Assembly: GCF_001194135.2 (NCBI RefSeq)
Contig: NC_068994.1
Location: forward strand, 40,393,511 to 40,446,961
Source of the DNA: Octopus bimaculoides
Taxonomy: Eukaryota
Length of the DNA stretch: 53,451 bases
Direction of reading: 5' to 3'
Part shown: piece by piece, positions 1 through 11,400 of the stretch
How the letters are laid out: every line of letters starts with the position of its first letter
How positions within the stretch are numbered: position 1 is the stretch's first letter
Notes under the pieces: generated by a model
Seen by the model: the letters and a program-made list of their open reading frames with translations, nothing else
What the model was told of the DNA's origin: nothing
Databases searched by the model: none
Translations under genes and position numbers: made by a program

Positions 1-84
<84 letters not shown>

Positions 85-334
85 GTATGTATATATACAT
101 TTTATGCACATACATATATCTATGTATATATATATATATATACATACATATAGATACATACATATGTACATACATACACATTTATCTATACTTGTATTCA
201 GTTACATACAAACATGTAGTTTTACGCATTTATGAATGCATATATGTTGACATACATGCAAAGGAATATCCATCCAACCATTTATCCATCCATCCATGCA
301 TAAATACATTTGTACATTCATACACACATACATA

Positions 335-365
<31 letters not shown>

Positions 366-380
366 CATACATACATACAT
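1..380. repeat. Compound microsatellite (AT)n/(AC)n/(CATA)n
   Basis: Directly visible; explains the ORFs at 87-548. Confidence 0.95.
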
Positions 381-1527
381 ACACATTGTAAAGCGTTTGA
401 AGTTAAATAACAGAAAATTTGTGTTCAACAGCAAGAAAAGAGAAATATTTTCGGAATATACTGATAGGGATACATGAATGAAAGAAAAAATGAAAGGTTG
501 GCTGGAAGAATGAGTGTAAGAAAGACTAATTGAAAGAAAGAAACTCACAAACTAAAGAAAAGACAGAAAAAAGAAGCAAAGAATGAACAAGTGAGTAAAG
601 AAATGAGCAAGTGACAGATAGAAAGAATGAAGGTATTAATGAATGAAATAATAAATGAATTCATGAAGAAATGAATGAATGAAAGAAAGAAAGAAGGAAG
701 GAAAGCAAGAAAGAGAAAAAGAAAAAAACAAATGTATCAATGACGGAAAGAAAGAAACAAACAAATAAAAGAGAAGGAAGAAGTGTGAATGAATGACAAT
801 CTAAGAAAGTAATGAAGTTAGAAAAAAAAAATATGGAAAATGGCTCCAAATATTAATATATATATNNNNNNNNNNGATAGATAGATAGATATAGATGTAG
901 ATATAGATGTAGATAGATAGATATATATAGAATAAATGAAAGATAAAAAGGAATAGAAATGAAAGAATGAAATAAATAAGAAATTAGAGTCGGAGGAAAA
1001 AAAACAATAAAAGAATAGAAAGAGAAAGAAAGCAGAAAAGTAAGAAAGGGAAAAAGATGAGAAAAAGATAAGAAAGAATGAATGGAAAATTAGAGAAGAA
1101 AAGGAAAAAAAGAAATTTGTATCAAAATATGGAACCATGGAAAGTATAAGAAAGTCAAAAAATATACATATAGTAAAAGACATATCTATTTTCTCAATAC
1201 CCAAAACATTGTTGCTAACTTACACAAAGTGTAATATTATTTGTTATAATAAGTTATAATCTATTATAATAACCTAAGAGCTTAAGTAATATATAATGCA
1301 AGAAAAAAAAAAGAAAAATGTGCACTAGTCTGACTTTTATTTAGTATTTACTAACACCAGATGAATAAAAACTGTCCACCACATCTAAAATGTTTAAGTT
1401 ATTTTGTTTATTCGTTATCTTTTATGTTTGTGTTTATTCATTTTAATAATATTTATATTAAATGTATTGAAATTACTTAAACCTTAAAATTATTTAAACC
1501 TTAAAATTAAATTTAGTCTTATCATAA

Positions 1528-1746
1528 TAACCCTTCTTATACAGACCTGCCTGAGATGGCCCTTGGGTTCTGTGATAAAAGTTTCAGCTTTAATGTGATC
1601 TTAATGAAAACCTTCAATTAAAATTTCATGTTGATTTAAGTTCCAAACACCAGCTTTGAAAAGGACAAAATAATTTTACTAAATTCTTCATTATTTTCAA
1701 AATTAATTTGAACAAGTGCAGTGTCCATTCTTAGATTCTCAGAAAT
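1528..1746 (-). mobile_element. Degenerate MITE-like repeat with (T)TAA-CCCTT end, same family as 15200-15421
   Basis: Begins taacccttc. Internal aaaatttcatgttgatttaagttccaaacaccagc...ttattttcaaaattaatttgaac matches the reverse complement of 15240-15340. Confidence 0.5.
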
Positions 1747-1989
1747 GTGGTTGCAAAATAGTTAATAGTCTTGTTCATTAGAAAGAAAAAAAAAAAAGAA
1801 AATCAAATACCTTAAGATAAATTTTTGTAAACTCTCAAAACAGCAAAACAAATACAGAAAAAGTATAAAAAAACGCCAAAAGTGGAATAAGTCCAGATGT
1901 GTGACTACTGACTGAATGAAATACACCTAGGTAAAACAGAAAAAAAAAAATAAGAAAAGGAAAGAAAAAGAAATGAACCAGCTACTTAC

Positions 1990-2250
1990 ATGTGTCAATA
2001 AATCCTCCCGTGTTATGTTATGTCGTTTAGATGAGAAATGTGTGTATCCTGTTGTAGAGTACAGTGACTGCTGCTGCTGCTGCTGTTGTTACTATTATTA
2101 CATATATATATATGTGCGCTGACAGTGTTACTTGGCTTGGTCCGTGTGTTGTGTAAATATGAGACACAGGTCTGCAGTCCTACCAAGTGGAGTGTATTTG
2201 TAATGACGGCTGCAGCCAATAGCAAGCAGTTTTCAAGTCACATGGATGGA
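1990..2250 (-). promoter_or_regulatory. Candidate promoter and non-coding first exon of a gene running off the left edge
   Basis: Minus-strand donor CAT|GTAAGT (acttac at 1984-1989), CAGCCAATAG CCAAT box at 2213-2222, GTCACATG E-box at 2237-2244, TATA-like run near 2102-2113. No transcript evidence. Confidence 0.25.
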
Positions 2251-2397
2251 AATAAAAAAAAACCTTAACTTCAGCACTGAATTGACAGCATGTTCGTTTC
2301 CCCAAACAAGGAAAAGTGATTTTTATTTCCACAAAGACTCATATACCAATAAATAAATAAATAAATGCATGCTTACATTCACGCATAAAAGGATTTC

Positions 2398-2447
2398 TTT
2401 CATCATCATCATCATCCTCATCATCATCATCCTCATCATCATCATCC

Positions 2448-2505
<58 letters not shown>

Positions 2506-2581
2506 AATCATCAACAGCATCATCATCAGCAGCAGCAGTAGCAAAATTACCATCATCATCACTAGCATTATCATTATTTTA

Positions 2582-2660
<79 letters not shown>
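2398..2660. repeat. (CAT)n followed by (TAT)n microsatellite
   Basis: Directly visible. Confidence 0.95.
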
Positions 2661-2662
<2 letters not shown>

Positions 2663-2875
2663 GATGGTGAGCTGGTAAAATCGCTAGCATGCTGGGCAAA
2701 ATGCTTAGTGGCATTTTGTTCACCCTTATGTTCTAAGTTCAAATTCCACTGTGGTCAGCTTTGCCTTTCATCCTTTTAGGGTTGATAGATTAAGTACCAG
2801 CGAAACACTGGAGTTGATAAAATTGACAAGTCCCCTCACAACAAAATTTCAGGCCTTGTGCCTATAGTAGAAAGG

Positions 2876-2876
<1 letters not shown>
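2661..2876 (+). mobile_element. tRNA-derived SINE, family A
   Basis: Head gagctggtaaaatcgctagc...ttcaaattcc, central ctttgcctttcatcctttt..ggttgata..ttaagtaccag (resembles the Meta/MESC SINE core as I recall it), tail ggccttgtgcctatagtagaaagg(att)n. Many related copies in the window. Confidence 0.85.
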
Positions 2877-2911
<35 letters not shown>

Positions 2912-3146
2912 GTTCAGTAGTTTTATTTTTATAATGTGCTTTCACTTCACTACCGAGTGCAGCTCTGTGTGCTTTGGGTATGTGCTGTGGTTTGCTATGA
3001 TGCTCTTATGGTTACTGTATTGAAAGTGTTTTGCGTAGGATGTGTGCAGTGCCCAGTAGTGCAATTTTCTGTATGTTATATATATTTGTAAGTCCTGGTG
3101 TTTTTGTTATGTATTTGTCTGAATATTTTTTATTATACCTAAGGCA

Positions 3147-3147
<1 letters not shown>
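2912..3147 (-). mobile_element. 5'-truncated Dong/R4-clade (RLE) non-LTR retrotransposon 3' end
   Basis: Encodes ..ITKTPGLTNIYNIQKIALLGTAHILRKTLSIQ* plus a 3'UTR ending actactgaac(aat)n; (TAA)n on both sides; near-identical to 4223-4586. Confidence 0.85.
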
Positions 3148-3212
<65 letters not shown>

Positions 3213-3319
3213 CATGATTATTATTATTGCTTTTCAACTTACATAGTCTAAAATTTGTTCATTTCATAACAGATGTTAAAATAAAGTCCCAGTCAAATAT
3301 TAATATTGTTTTTTTTATT

Positions 3320-3782
3320 TTTTATGTTTTTATCTTTCTCTTGTTACATTCTTAGGACTGCAGCCTTGAAAGGAATAGTTGAACAATTGGCTAAAAAGTA
3401 CCTGGGTTTTTTAGTGTGGTACTTATTCTATCAGTCTCTTTTGCTCTACCATTAGGCTCTAAGGATGCAGACAAGTGTTGCCTAGTGGTGGTGACAAATA
3501 GAAAAAACAAAGATACACATGCACACACACACACACATATACATACCCCCCCCCACACACACACACTCATGTACACATACACACACACACACACAATGCA
3601 CACACATATATTTATAAATCCAACAAACTCCTACACAGATCCCATTCACCAAATTCACTAACAAGGTATTGGGTGGTTGGGGGGTCATAGCAGAAGACAC
3701 TTACTCAAGGTGCTGTGCAGTGAGATTGAACCCAAAACCATGTGTTTGCAAAGCTAGCTTATTAACCACACAACCATGCCTC
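3320..3782 (-). mobile_element. tRNA-derived SINE, family B (internal CA/TG microsatellite)
   Basis: Reverse complement gives head ggcatggttgtgtggttaataagct...ttcaatctcactgcacagcaccttgagtaagtgtcttc and the 3' tail shared with 11011-11400 and 36308-36668. Confidence 0.75.
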
Positions 3783-3984
3783 AACATCATTATCATTATT
3801 GTTATGATCAAAGTCATTTGGGTTCGGATCCTCGCCAAAACCAATTTTGCCCTTCTTCCTTTCAAGTTTGATAAATTAAAGTACCACTCATATACTGGGT
3901 CCTACTTAATCCTCTGGACCTCACTTTTTAATACAATTTTAATTTTATTCTAATGTTAATGCTCATTATCATCATTATAATCAG

Positions 3985-4200
3985 GGCATTGGATTAGCAG
4001 AATCATTAGAGCATTGGCAAAAAAATACTTTCCAGTATATCTAACTTTCTATGTTCTGAGTTCAAATTCCACTGAAGTCAATTTTGCTTTTCATTCTTTT
4101 GGGGTTGAAAAAATACAGTACCAGTCAAGTTATGGGGTTGATATAACTGGCTAATCTCCTCTTACTAAATCTGCTGACCTTGTGCCAAAAAGGAAAGTAT
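3985..4200 (+). mobile_element. SINE family A, diverged
   Basis: ttctgagttcaaattccactgaagtcaattttgcttttcattctttttggggttga...gtaccag core. Confidence 0.75.
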
Positions 4201-4222
4201 CATTATCATTATTATTATTATT

Positions 4223-4585
4223 GTTCAGTAGTTTTATTTTTATAATGTACTTTCACTTCACTACCGAGTGCAGCTCTGTGCGCCTTGGATATGTGCTGTG
4301 GTTTGCTGTGGTGCTCTTATGTTTACTGTATTGAAAGTGTTTTGCGTAGAATGTGTGCAGTACCCAGTAGTGCAATTTTCTGTATGTTATATATATTTGT
4401 AAGTCCTGGAGTTTTTGTTATGTATTTGTCTGAATATTTTTTTATTATACCTAAGGCACCTACTATGATAGGAATTGTTTCTGTTTTTAGATTCCACATT
4501 CGAGTTATCTCTATTTCCAGGTCTTTGTATTTTGAAAGTTTTTCCATTTCTTTTAGAGAAACGTTGTCATCTGCTGGTATTGATA

Positions 4586-4586
<1 letters not shown>
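4223..4586 (-). mobile_element. 5'-truncated Dong/R4-clade (RLE) non-LTR retrotransposon 3' end
   Basis: VSIPADDNVSLKEMEKLSKYKDLEIEITRMWNLKTETIPIIVGALG...IQKIALLGTAHILRKTLSIQ*, the C-terminal restriction-like endonuclease region (EK..KY.DL, IP..VGALG). Flanked by (TAA)n on both sides. Confidence 0.88.
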
Positions 4587-4640
<54 letters not shown>

Positions 4641-4659
4641 ATTATTATTATTATCATAT

Positions 4660-4873
4660 AAGGCAGCAAGATGGTAGGTTCATTAGCATGCCATTCAAAA
4701 TGTTTAGTGGCACTTCTTCCAGCTTTAAGTTCTAAGTTTAAATGCTGCCATGATCACCTTAGCCTTTCAACCTTTTGGATTCGATAAAATAAGCACCAGT
4801 CGAGCAGCAGGGTTGATGTAATTGAGTCCATTTCCCCTTAAAATTGCTGGTCTTGTGTCAACATAAGAAAGAA
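4660..4873 (+). mobile_element. SINE family A
   Basis: Same head, core and tail motifs; followed by (ATT)n. Confidence 0.8.
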
Positions 4874-4875
4874 TG

Positions 4876-4946
<71 letters not shown>

Positions 4947-4971
4947 CATCATCATCATTATTATTATTATT

Positions 4972-5187
4972 AAGGTGGTGAGCTGGCAGAATCGTTAGCA
5001 TGCTGGATTAAATGCTTAGTAGCAGTTTGTCTGTCTTTATGTTCTGAGTTCAAATTCTATCGAGGTCAGCTTTGCCTTTCATCCTTTCAAGGTTGATGAA
5101 TTAAGTACCAGTGGAACACTGGGGTCGATGTGATCGACTAGTTCCCCTCCCCACAAAACCCAGGCCTTGTGCCTATAGTAGAAAGGA
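4972..5187 (+). mobile_element. SINE family A
   Basis: aaggtggtgagctggcagaatcgttagcatgc...gtcagctttgcctttcatcctttcaaggttgatgaattaagtaccagtggaacactggggtcga...gcctatagtagaaagg; followed by (CAT)n(TAT)n. Confidence 0.88.
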
Positions 5188-5202
5188 TCATCATCATCAT
5201 CA

Positions 5203-5285
<83 letters not shown>

Positions 5286-5569
5286 CAGCTTAAATAATGT
5301 AAAAGGAGAAAGTTGTTCTGATGCTGATAGAAGATAGCAAATTTTAAACATGTAATAAACTTCAAGCTGTGATAGAAATTTTAGCTAGAATTTTGTGTAA
5401 TATAAAAACAAAGAAAAACCAAAGGAAATTCAAACCATATTTTGGTATGAGCGAACAGTTCTTGTAAAGTTTCTCTCATTATATCTTCAGAGGAATCCTG
5501 AGATTTTTTGTTTAATTATCATTTCCATGGGTATGTATTTGTGCACATGGTTTTCTGTATGTCTGTGAG

Positions 5570-6075
5570 TATGAAAATATGTTTATATATGTGTATGCGT
5601 GTCTGTGTGTATGAGTGCGTGCAGTGCGTGTCAGTGTAAGTGTCTGAGTTTATTCATGTGGTGGAGTTTCATGTGTGCCTTTGTGTGAAAATATGTCTGC
5701 GTGTAAAGATGTGTGTGTAAATGCACAAATATGTATGTGTGTGCATGTGTGTATGTGTGTGCATATGAATAAGCGGATATGCTTGTGCAGGTGTGTGCAT
5801 GTGCATGCATATATGTGTGTCTGTATGCAGGGTGTGAAATATATGTGTGGGTATGAGTGTGTGTGTATGTACATATGCAAATATATGTATGTGTATGCAA
5901 ATATATGTGTATGCACGAGTGGAGATACACAAGTGTATTTGCACATCTGCACTCTTCTCACAGTTGCAACATTATGTGAATATGTGCGTGTACACTTTTA
6001 TTGCATTTCTAACTGTGTGTTTACATATGCATGTGAGTGAGTGTGTGTGTGTCTGAGTGCATATGTGTATGTGTG
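5570..6075. repeat. Degenerate (TG)/(TATG) low-complexity tract
   Basis: Directly visible; source of ORFs 5631-6056. Confidence 0.9.
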
Positions 6076-7744
6076 TTTTACTCAGCATCTTGCCTAGGAA
6101 GAAGGAGGGAGAGAAAGAAGCTTCGTCACATTTCCAACTGTTAATTTCCTTCTGTTATATTTACTTTTCCACTTTAATTATTTATACAGCGTATAATTCA
6201 GTGATTGTTGGATTTTTAAATAAACAGTTCATTATTAAAAAATATTGATTTTTTTCCTTATTTAGTTATTTATTCATTTATTTATTTATTGATCCAATCT
6301 CATTAATTCATTTTATTTCTTTTGTTTTCTTTCTTCATATTTTCTTGCATTTTTGTTTGATTTTGTTATTGTTGTTTACATTTTATTGTTTTTGTTTGTT
6401 TTAATATAGATCAATTTTACAAATTATTGAAATATTTTTCTTCTCATAATTAAAAGATTGCTTTATATTAAGAATATCTACTAATTAATTGAAATATAAA
6501 CCACTGCAACAGAATGCTTTCAATATAATTAAATGAAGTGTATACAAAACCTCCATATTGAAATGATTCTATTTTCATGTTTATTATTTCTTTATTTCTT
6601 TATTTAATTTATTTATGTTTCTACTCAATTATTACATAGCTTCAAGCAAGTGTTGCATTACAGTTACAATTAATATTTCACTAAATTTGCTATAGGATCT
6701 CGCATACTATTAGATTAAATTCCATAATTAAATAAATGTTATTTAATTTTCGTGATCAAATAATACTACTGATCTGTTTCAACAGCCTTCATATCTACCG
6801 AATATTTCAACAGACCATAATAGCAAAAATCTAATATATTAGTTTTAAGTATTACAGAATGAAAATAAAACAAAAATAGATTGTAAAATAAAAGAAAAAT
6901 AGACAAGAACCACCCAATTCTCAGAATTATTCTCTATTTAGAATTATTCACCATTTCCTTCATCTCTTTCTCTCTTTCTCTCCCTTTATCTCACTCTTCT
7001 TTCATATTCCTTTCTCATGTCAGCCAACCAATTCCTTTAAATGCTTGAATCAAGCACTAATCTCTCTTTCCTGGATTTGTTTCGTGTTTTAAATCACTTG
7101 TCTTTACAGTGGCTATTATAATAAACAAAACCAATTTAGAGGTTACAAAGTTGTCAAAAAAGAAAAGTCTTTTCAATCAGATCTCACAATATTTTTCCCA
7201 ATAGTTTAATCAGAAACAAGGAGCACACAGCTCAAGACAGATCAATATTTCCAATCCTTAAAATTAATCTCAAGCTTAAGTTAAAGGAATAAAACAAAAA
7301 GGAGTGAGAGGTTGAGAGACTGGAATTAGCTCATTCTTTATAATCAGGAACCTTTGTTTCACAGAATAACCCGAATTTTCTTTGTTAAGCTGTTTTGTTT
7401 ATTTGTCTTGCAATTTGCTTTTTAAATTTTAATATTTACGTTTATTTGGAAATTTTGTTTTGCAAGTGCATCATGGGATAGATAGCTCAACTGAGATTAT
7501 GCCATTAAACATCAGCTAATTAAGTCTAATTCGGAAAATATGAATTTAAGAATTACTACAAAAGTGCCTGAGGATAATCAAGGAAAGAATTAATGAATGA
7601 ATATATTTTTCATATAAAATTTTAAAATTAATCTAAGATATGTTAAATAAAAAGAAGAAAATATGTTGAACTGTTTTGTTGGCTGTTATTAAAATATAGA
7701 CAAACAGTTATAAAAATGTACTATTCGAATTGCTAGAAAAATAC

Positions 7745-7906
7745 TGCCCATATATTCAAGCCTTCTGAAGTTGACAACATCATCAAGGACTCTATTTTAA
7801 GAGGATGACTGGTAGAGAAAACCGATTTATCAGAAACTTTGAAAAGCTGCTTAGTTTTGGATAGCATATATTGATCATATTTGACTGGTGCAATCTTTGA
7901 TGCGAG
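7745..7906 (-). CDS. Candidate 162-bp phase 0-0 coding exon of an unidentified gene
   Basis: Acceptor tcatttcttttgacag|, open frame LASKIAPVKYDQYMLSKTKQLFKVSDKSVFSTSHPLKIESLMMLSTSEGLNIWA, weak donor GCA|gtattt. No homology recognised and no partner exon found. Confidence 0.25.
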
Positions 7907-9387
7907 CTGTCAAAAGAAATGACTTTTTAGTCTGCATAGTTTATTTCCACGCAAGCCCACCAGATTTGTTGCTCTTGTTTGATGAGCCAAATGTGGTAGC
8001 AAGATATCTGACACATCTGACATATATCTCAGTGTTTCGGACAAACATTGAGATATCCCACTGAGCTAGAGCAGAATTCCTCTCAAGAAATGCTATCAGT
8101 GTAATGTTTATAAAATTGAACAAAACATTTTCAGAAGCATGCTGGAAGTCAAAATATTATAGGGAGGAGAATAAAGAGTGAATGATGGGAGAGGAAGAGA
8201 GAAAGAGAGAATAGAGATAGAGAGAAGAGAGAGCAAGAAAGGAAAAAGACAGGTAAGTAAACAGGGAAGGTTAGAAATGCTGCAAATAATTAAATGGGCA
8301 TAAAAGCAAAAAAGAAAAAGAAAAAATTAAGAGGTAAAAAAGACAAGAACTGCAATGACCAGGTAAAGTAGGACAACTAGCCTCTATATATGGAAAATAT
8401 CTTATTTGATTCAACAACTATGATGAAATATTTTCACATAGATATGTACACACTGAAAGACATGAAAGATCAGTGAAGTAAAATAGATAAAAACGAGAAA
8501 AAAGAACTACATTGTCGGGGGTTAGTGTGACTGAACGAATGATGCGGAAATTATGATGTGCTAAGTATTGGTTCTACTCCAGTTGTTAGACAGGGGAAAG
8601 AAGAAGCAAGCATCTGAAAGAACAAATGAAAAAGAAAGCTAACAATAACCAAAAGAAACCTTCTAAAGCTGTTAATGCTTCTTTCTGTTGGCATGAATAA
8701 GAATGAATAGAGTCTATGCCAAGAATTAGCATGGTACTTACTGGAGAAAAAAAAATGGAAGAAACATATTGTTAACTGACTATAAAAGATTTATTTAGGT
8801 GTTTTGTTTTCTATTTGCATATAATATTATTTTACTTTATTAGAGATTTAAAAGTTAAGTTTTGTTTGGGGACAAAATATTCTTTAATATATACATATAC
8901 AACACATACACACAAACAGATATACGTAAATATACACATACTTACATAAATACATATGTATGTATGTGAGTATGTATACATTAATATATGCATGTATATG
9001 TATATTAATGTACACACATACACAGATATATAGATATGTTCATACACACAGACACACACATGCTAATTTATATGTACATATATGTATATGCATATATATA
9101 TACATGCACATGCACATCCACACACACACAAAGACATAGACACACAAATACACACACATCTTTCTTAAAATGCTAACTGATTAGTCTCAATTTACTGAAT
9201 ATAAAAAAATTCATTCAGTGCTTCATTAATTATTTCCTTAGTTAATCTCATATAGCTTAAACAATGGAATAAATTTGATGGTGTGAGAAAGAAGAGAAGG
9301 CTAACATCTTGGATAGAACTCTCTCATAGAGAGAGGAAGAGATGAAATCTCAACTGGAAATGAATGTTAAGCAACAAATTTATCCTA

Positions 9388-9456
<69 letters not shown>

Positions 9457-9559
9457 GACAATCATAGCTTCAAGTTTAATCTACAAATTTTTAATACTTT
9501 TTATTGGCACAGTCATCACTAGTTTTCTCAGATTCTTTTGTTTTAAAATTTAACGTATA

Positions 9560-9774
9560 CGAGGGAGTACTGAAAAACTCCTAACTTTAAGGGTATTGTG
9601 AAAGGCCTGGCTGAAGGCCCAACCTTCCAAGTTTTTTTACAGGGCTTAGAAAAACTGAAGGACTGCTGCAATAAGTGTGAATCTGAGAGGGAAATATGTT
9701 GAATAAAACCATAATTAACTGATCCTCTGGTATTTTTTTTTACTCAAATCCAGGAACTTTTCAGCACCTTCTCG
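9560..9774 (+). mobile_element. Mariner-derived MITE
   Basis: TA|CGAGGGAGTACTGAAAAACTCC ... GGAACTTTTCAGCACCTTCTCG|TA imperfect TIRs with TA TSD. Interior retains a transposase C-terminus-like segment. Second copy at 51981-52196. Confidence 0.8.
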
Positions 9775-10336
9775 TATAACCTTTGAGAAATAGTTTTATT
9801 TATTGAATATAAAACCTTCTTGGCTATTGGTTTTCAACAAACAAATCACTGGTTTACAGTATTCATGATACAAATTTCTTAACTACACAACCATACATGC
9901 TTATGACATCTCTTGACTGATATCAATATGTTATTATTTTTACTCAACTCTTTTATAATCATGTGTCTGATGAAACACAACATCAACATATTTCAAATAA
10001 TTTCAAAAATAAATATCTAATCACTTTTGTATGAAGCTGATGTTTCAACCATGAATTAACAGAAAGCTTTTACTTAAAATTATGTAGGAAGGTTTGCAAT
10101 TAAATATGAACAATTTAAAGCAGATGGTTTTATACTGTAGAACCAGAGATGGTTTGAAACTGGTTAGTTACAAATGAGTTAATATAAAACAAGAATGAAT
10201 TACTTTAAATTTTCAGTTCTAACTTTCAAAATAGAGTAACATATCAAAAGAAAGAAGTAATATCTGCAAGCTAACTTTAAGAAATCAACGAAAATTTGAT
10301 ACATGTAACACAATCCTATTGTGTGAGGTGATTTAA

Positions 10337-10545
10337 AACCCTTTAGCATTCAGACTACTCTACCAAATGTAATACTTATTAATACCCATTCTTTTGAATT
10401 AAAGATGCTTTATCTTGCAGTTTTGAGATTTCAATTATATCATTCTATATTTTTAGAATAACTTTGTAGGGTAGTTGTAAGAGGTCAGATTTTGACAGCT
10501 TGAACATACAACAGGTAGAATATTTGGGCTGAATGCACCCAGTTT
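10337..10545 (+). mobile_element. MITE-like repeat starting aaccctttagcattcaga (piggyBac-like end); related copy at 47608-47800
   Basis: Shares cagatta/ctactct..caaatgtaat..ttattcacattgttttga..tgtagggta..gtg.gagg.cagat with 47608-47800. Right end degraded. Confidence 0.5.
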
Positions 10546-10552
10546 GAATACT

Positions 10553-10815
10553 GTGGAGGTGCGTGATTTAGTGGTTAGGATGTTCGACTTATGATTGTAA
10601 GAGGGTGGTCTCTATTCCTGGACCGGGTGATGTGCTGTGTTCTTGAGTAAGACACTTCATTTCACGTTGCTCCAGTCCACTCAGCTGATAAAGAACGAGT
10701 GATCCTGTGACAGACTGGTGTTCTATCCAAGTGGGGAATATATATATAATATGAAACTTGGAAACCGGCCCTTGCAAGTAAGTATGACTGAAGAAGGTAT
10801 CTTTACTTTTACTTT
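10553..10815 (+). mobile_element. tRNA-derived SINE, family C
   Basis: A-box-like tagtggttagg, B-box-like tctattcctgg, then gttcttgagtaagacacttcatttcacgttgctccagtccactcagctg; tail (ctttta)n. Confidence 0.7.
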
Positions 10816-11010
10816 TAGCATGAAGGTGTAAACAGAATTTTATAAATCATCTGAGCACTGACTAGTGCTTTTATTTGTGGTGAATTGGCAGTCATTAGTA
10901 TATAACATGCTAGGCAGAACACCTTGTGGTTTTTGTTCCAATTCCTGGAGCTCTGACTTCAAATTTTGCTGAGGTCAATCTTCAGGGATGATGAAAAAGA
11001 AAATATCAAT

Positions 11011-11400
11011 GCTGGCATGGTTGTGTGGTTAAGGAGCTTATTTTGCAGCCATGTGGCTTTTGGCTCAGTCCCACTGCACAGCATCTGGACAACCAATGCC
11101 TTATGAGTTTATGAGTGAATTTGGCAGATGGAAACTATTTGGAAGTCTGCCATATGTGTGTGTGTGTGTGTGTGTGTGTAACAGCATGTGAGTGTTTGTA
11201 CCTTACCACTCAAAAACCAATGTTGGTTTGTTTACATCCCTTTAATTTAGTTGTTCAGCAAAAGAGACAAATACAATGATGACTGGACTTAAAAAATAAG
11301 TACTGGGGTGGGTGATTTGTTTAACTGAAACACTCATAGTAGTACTCCAGCTTGGCCGAAGTCTAATGAGTGAAACAAGCATTGGATAAAAGATAACGAT
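11011..11400 (+). mobile_element. SINE family B
   Basis: ggcatggttgtgtggttaagg...cagtcccactgcacagc head, internal (TG)n, tail aataagtactggggt...gtctaatgagtgaaacaag..ataaaagata. Confidence 0.8.
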
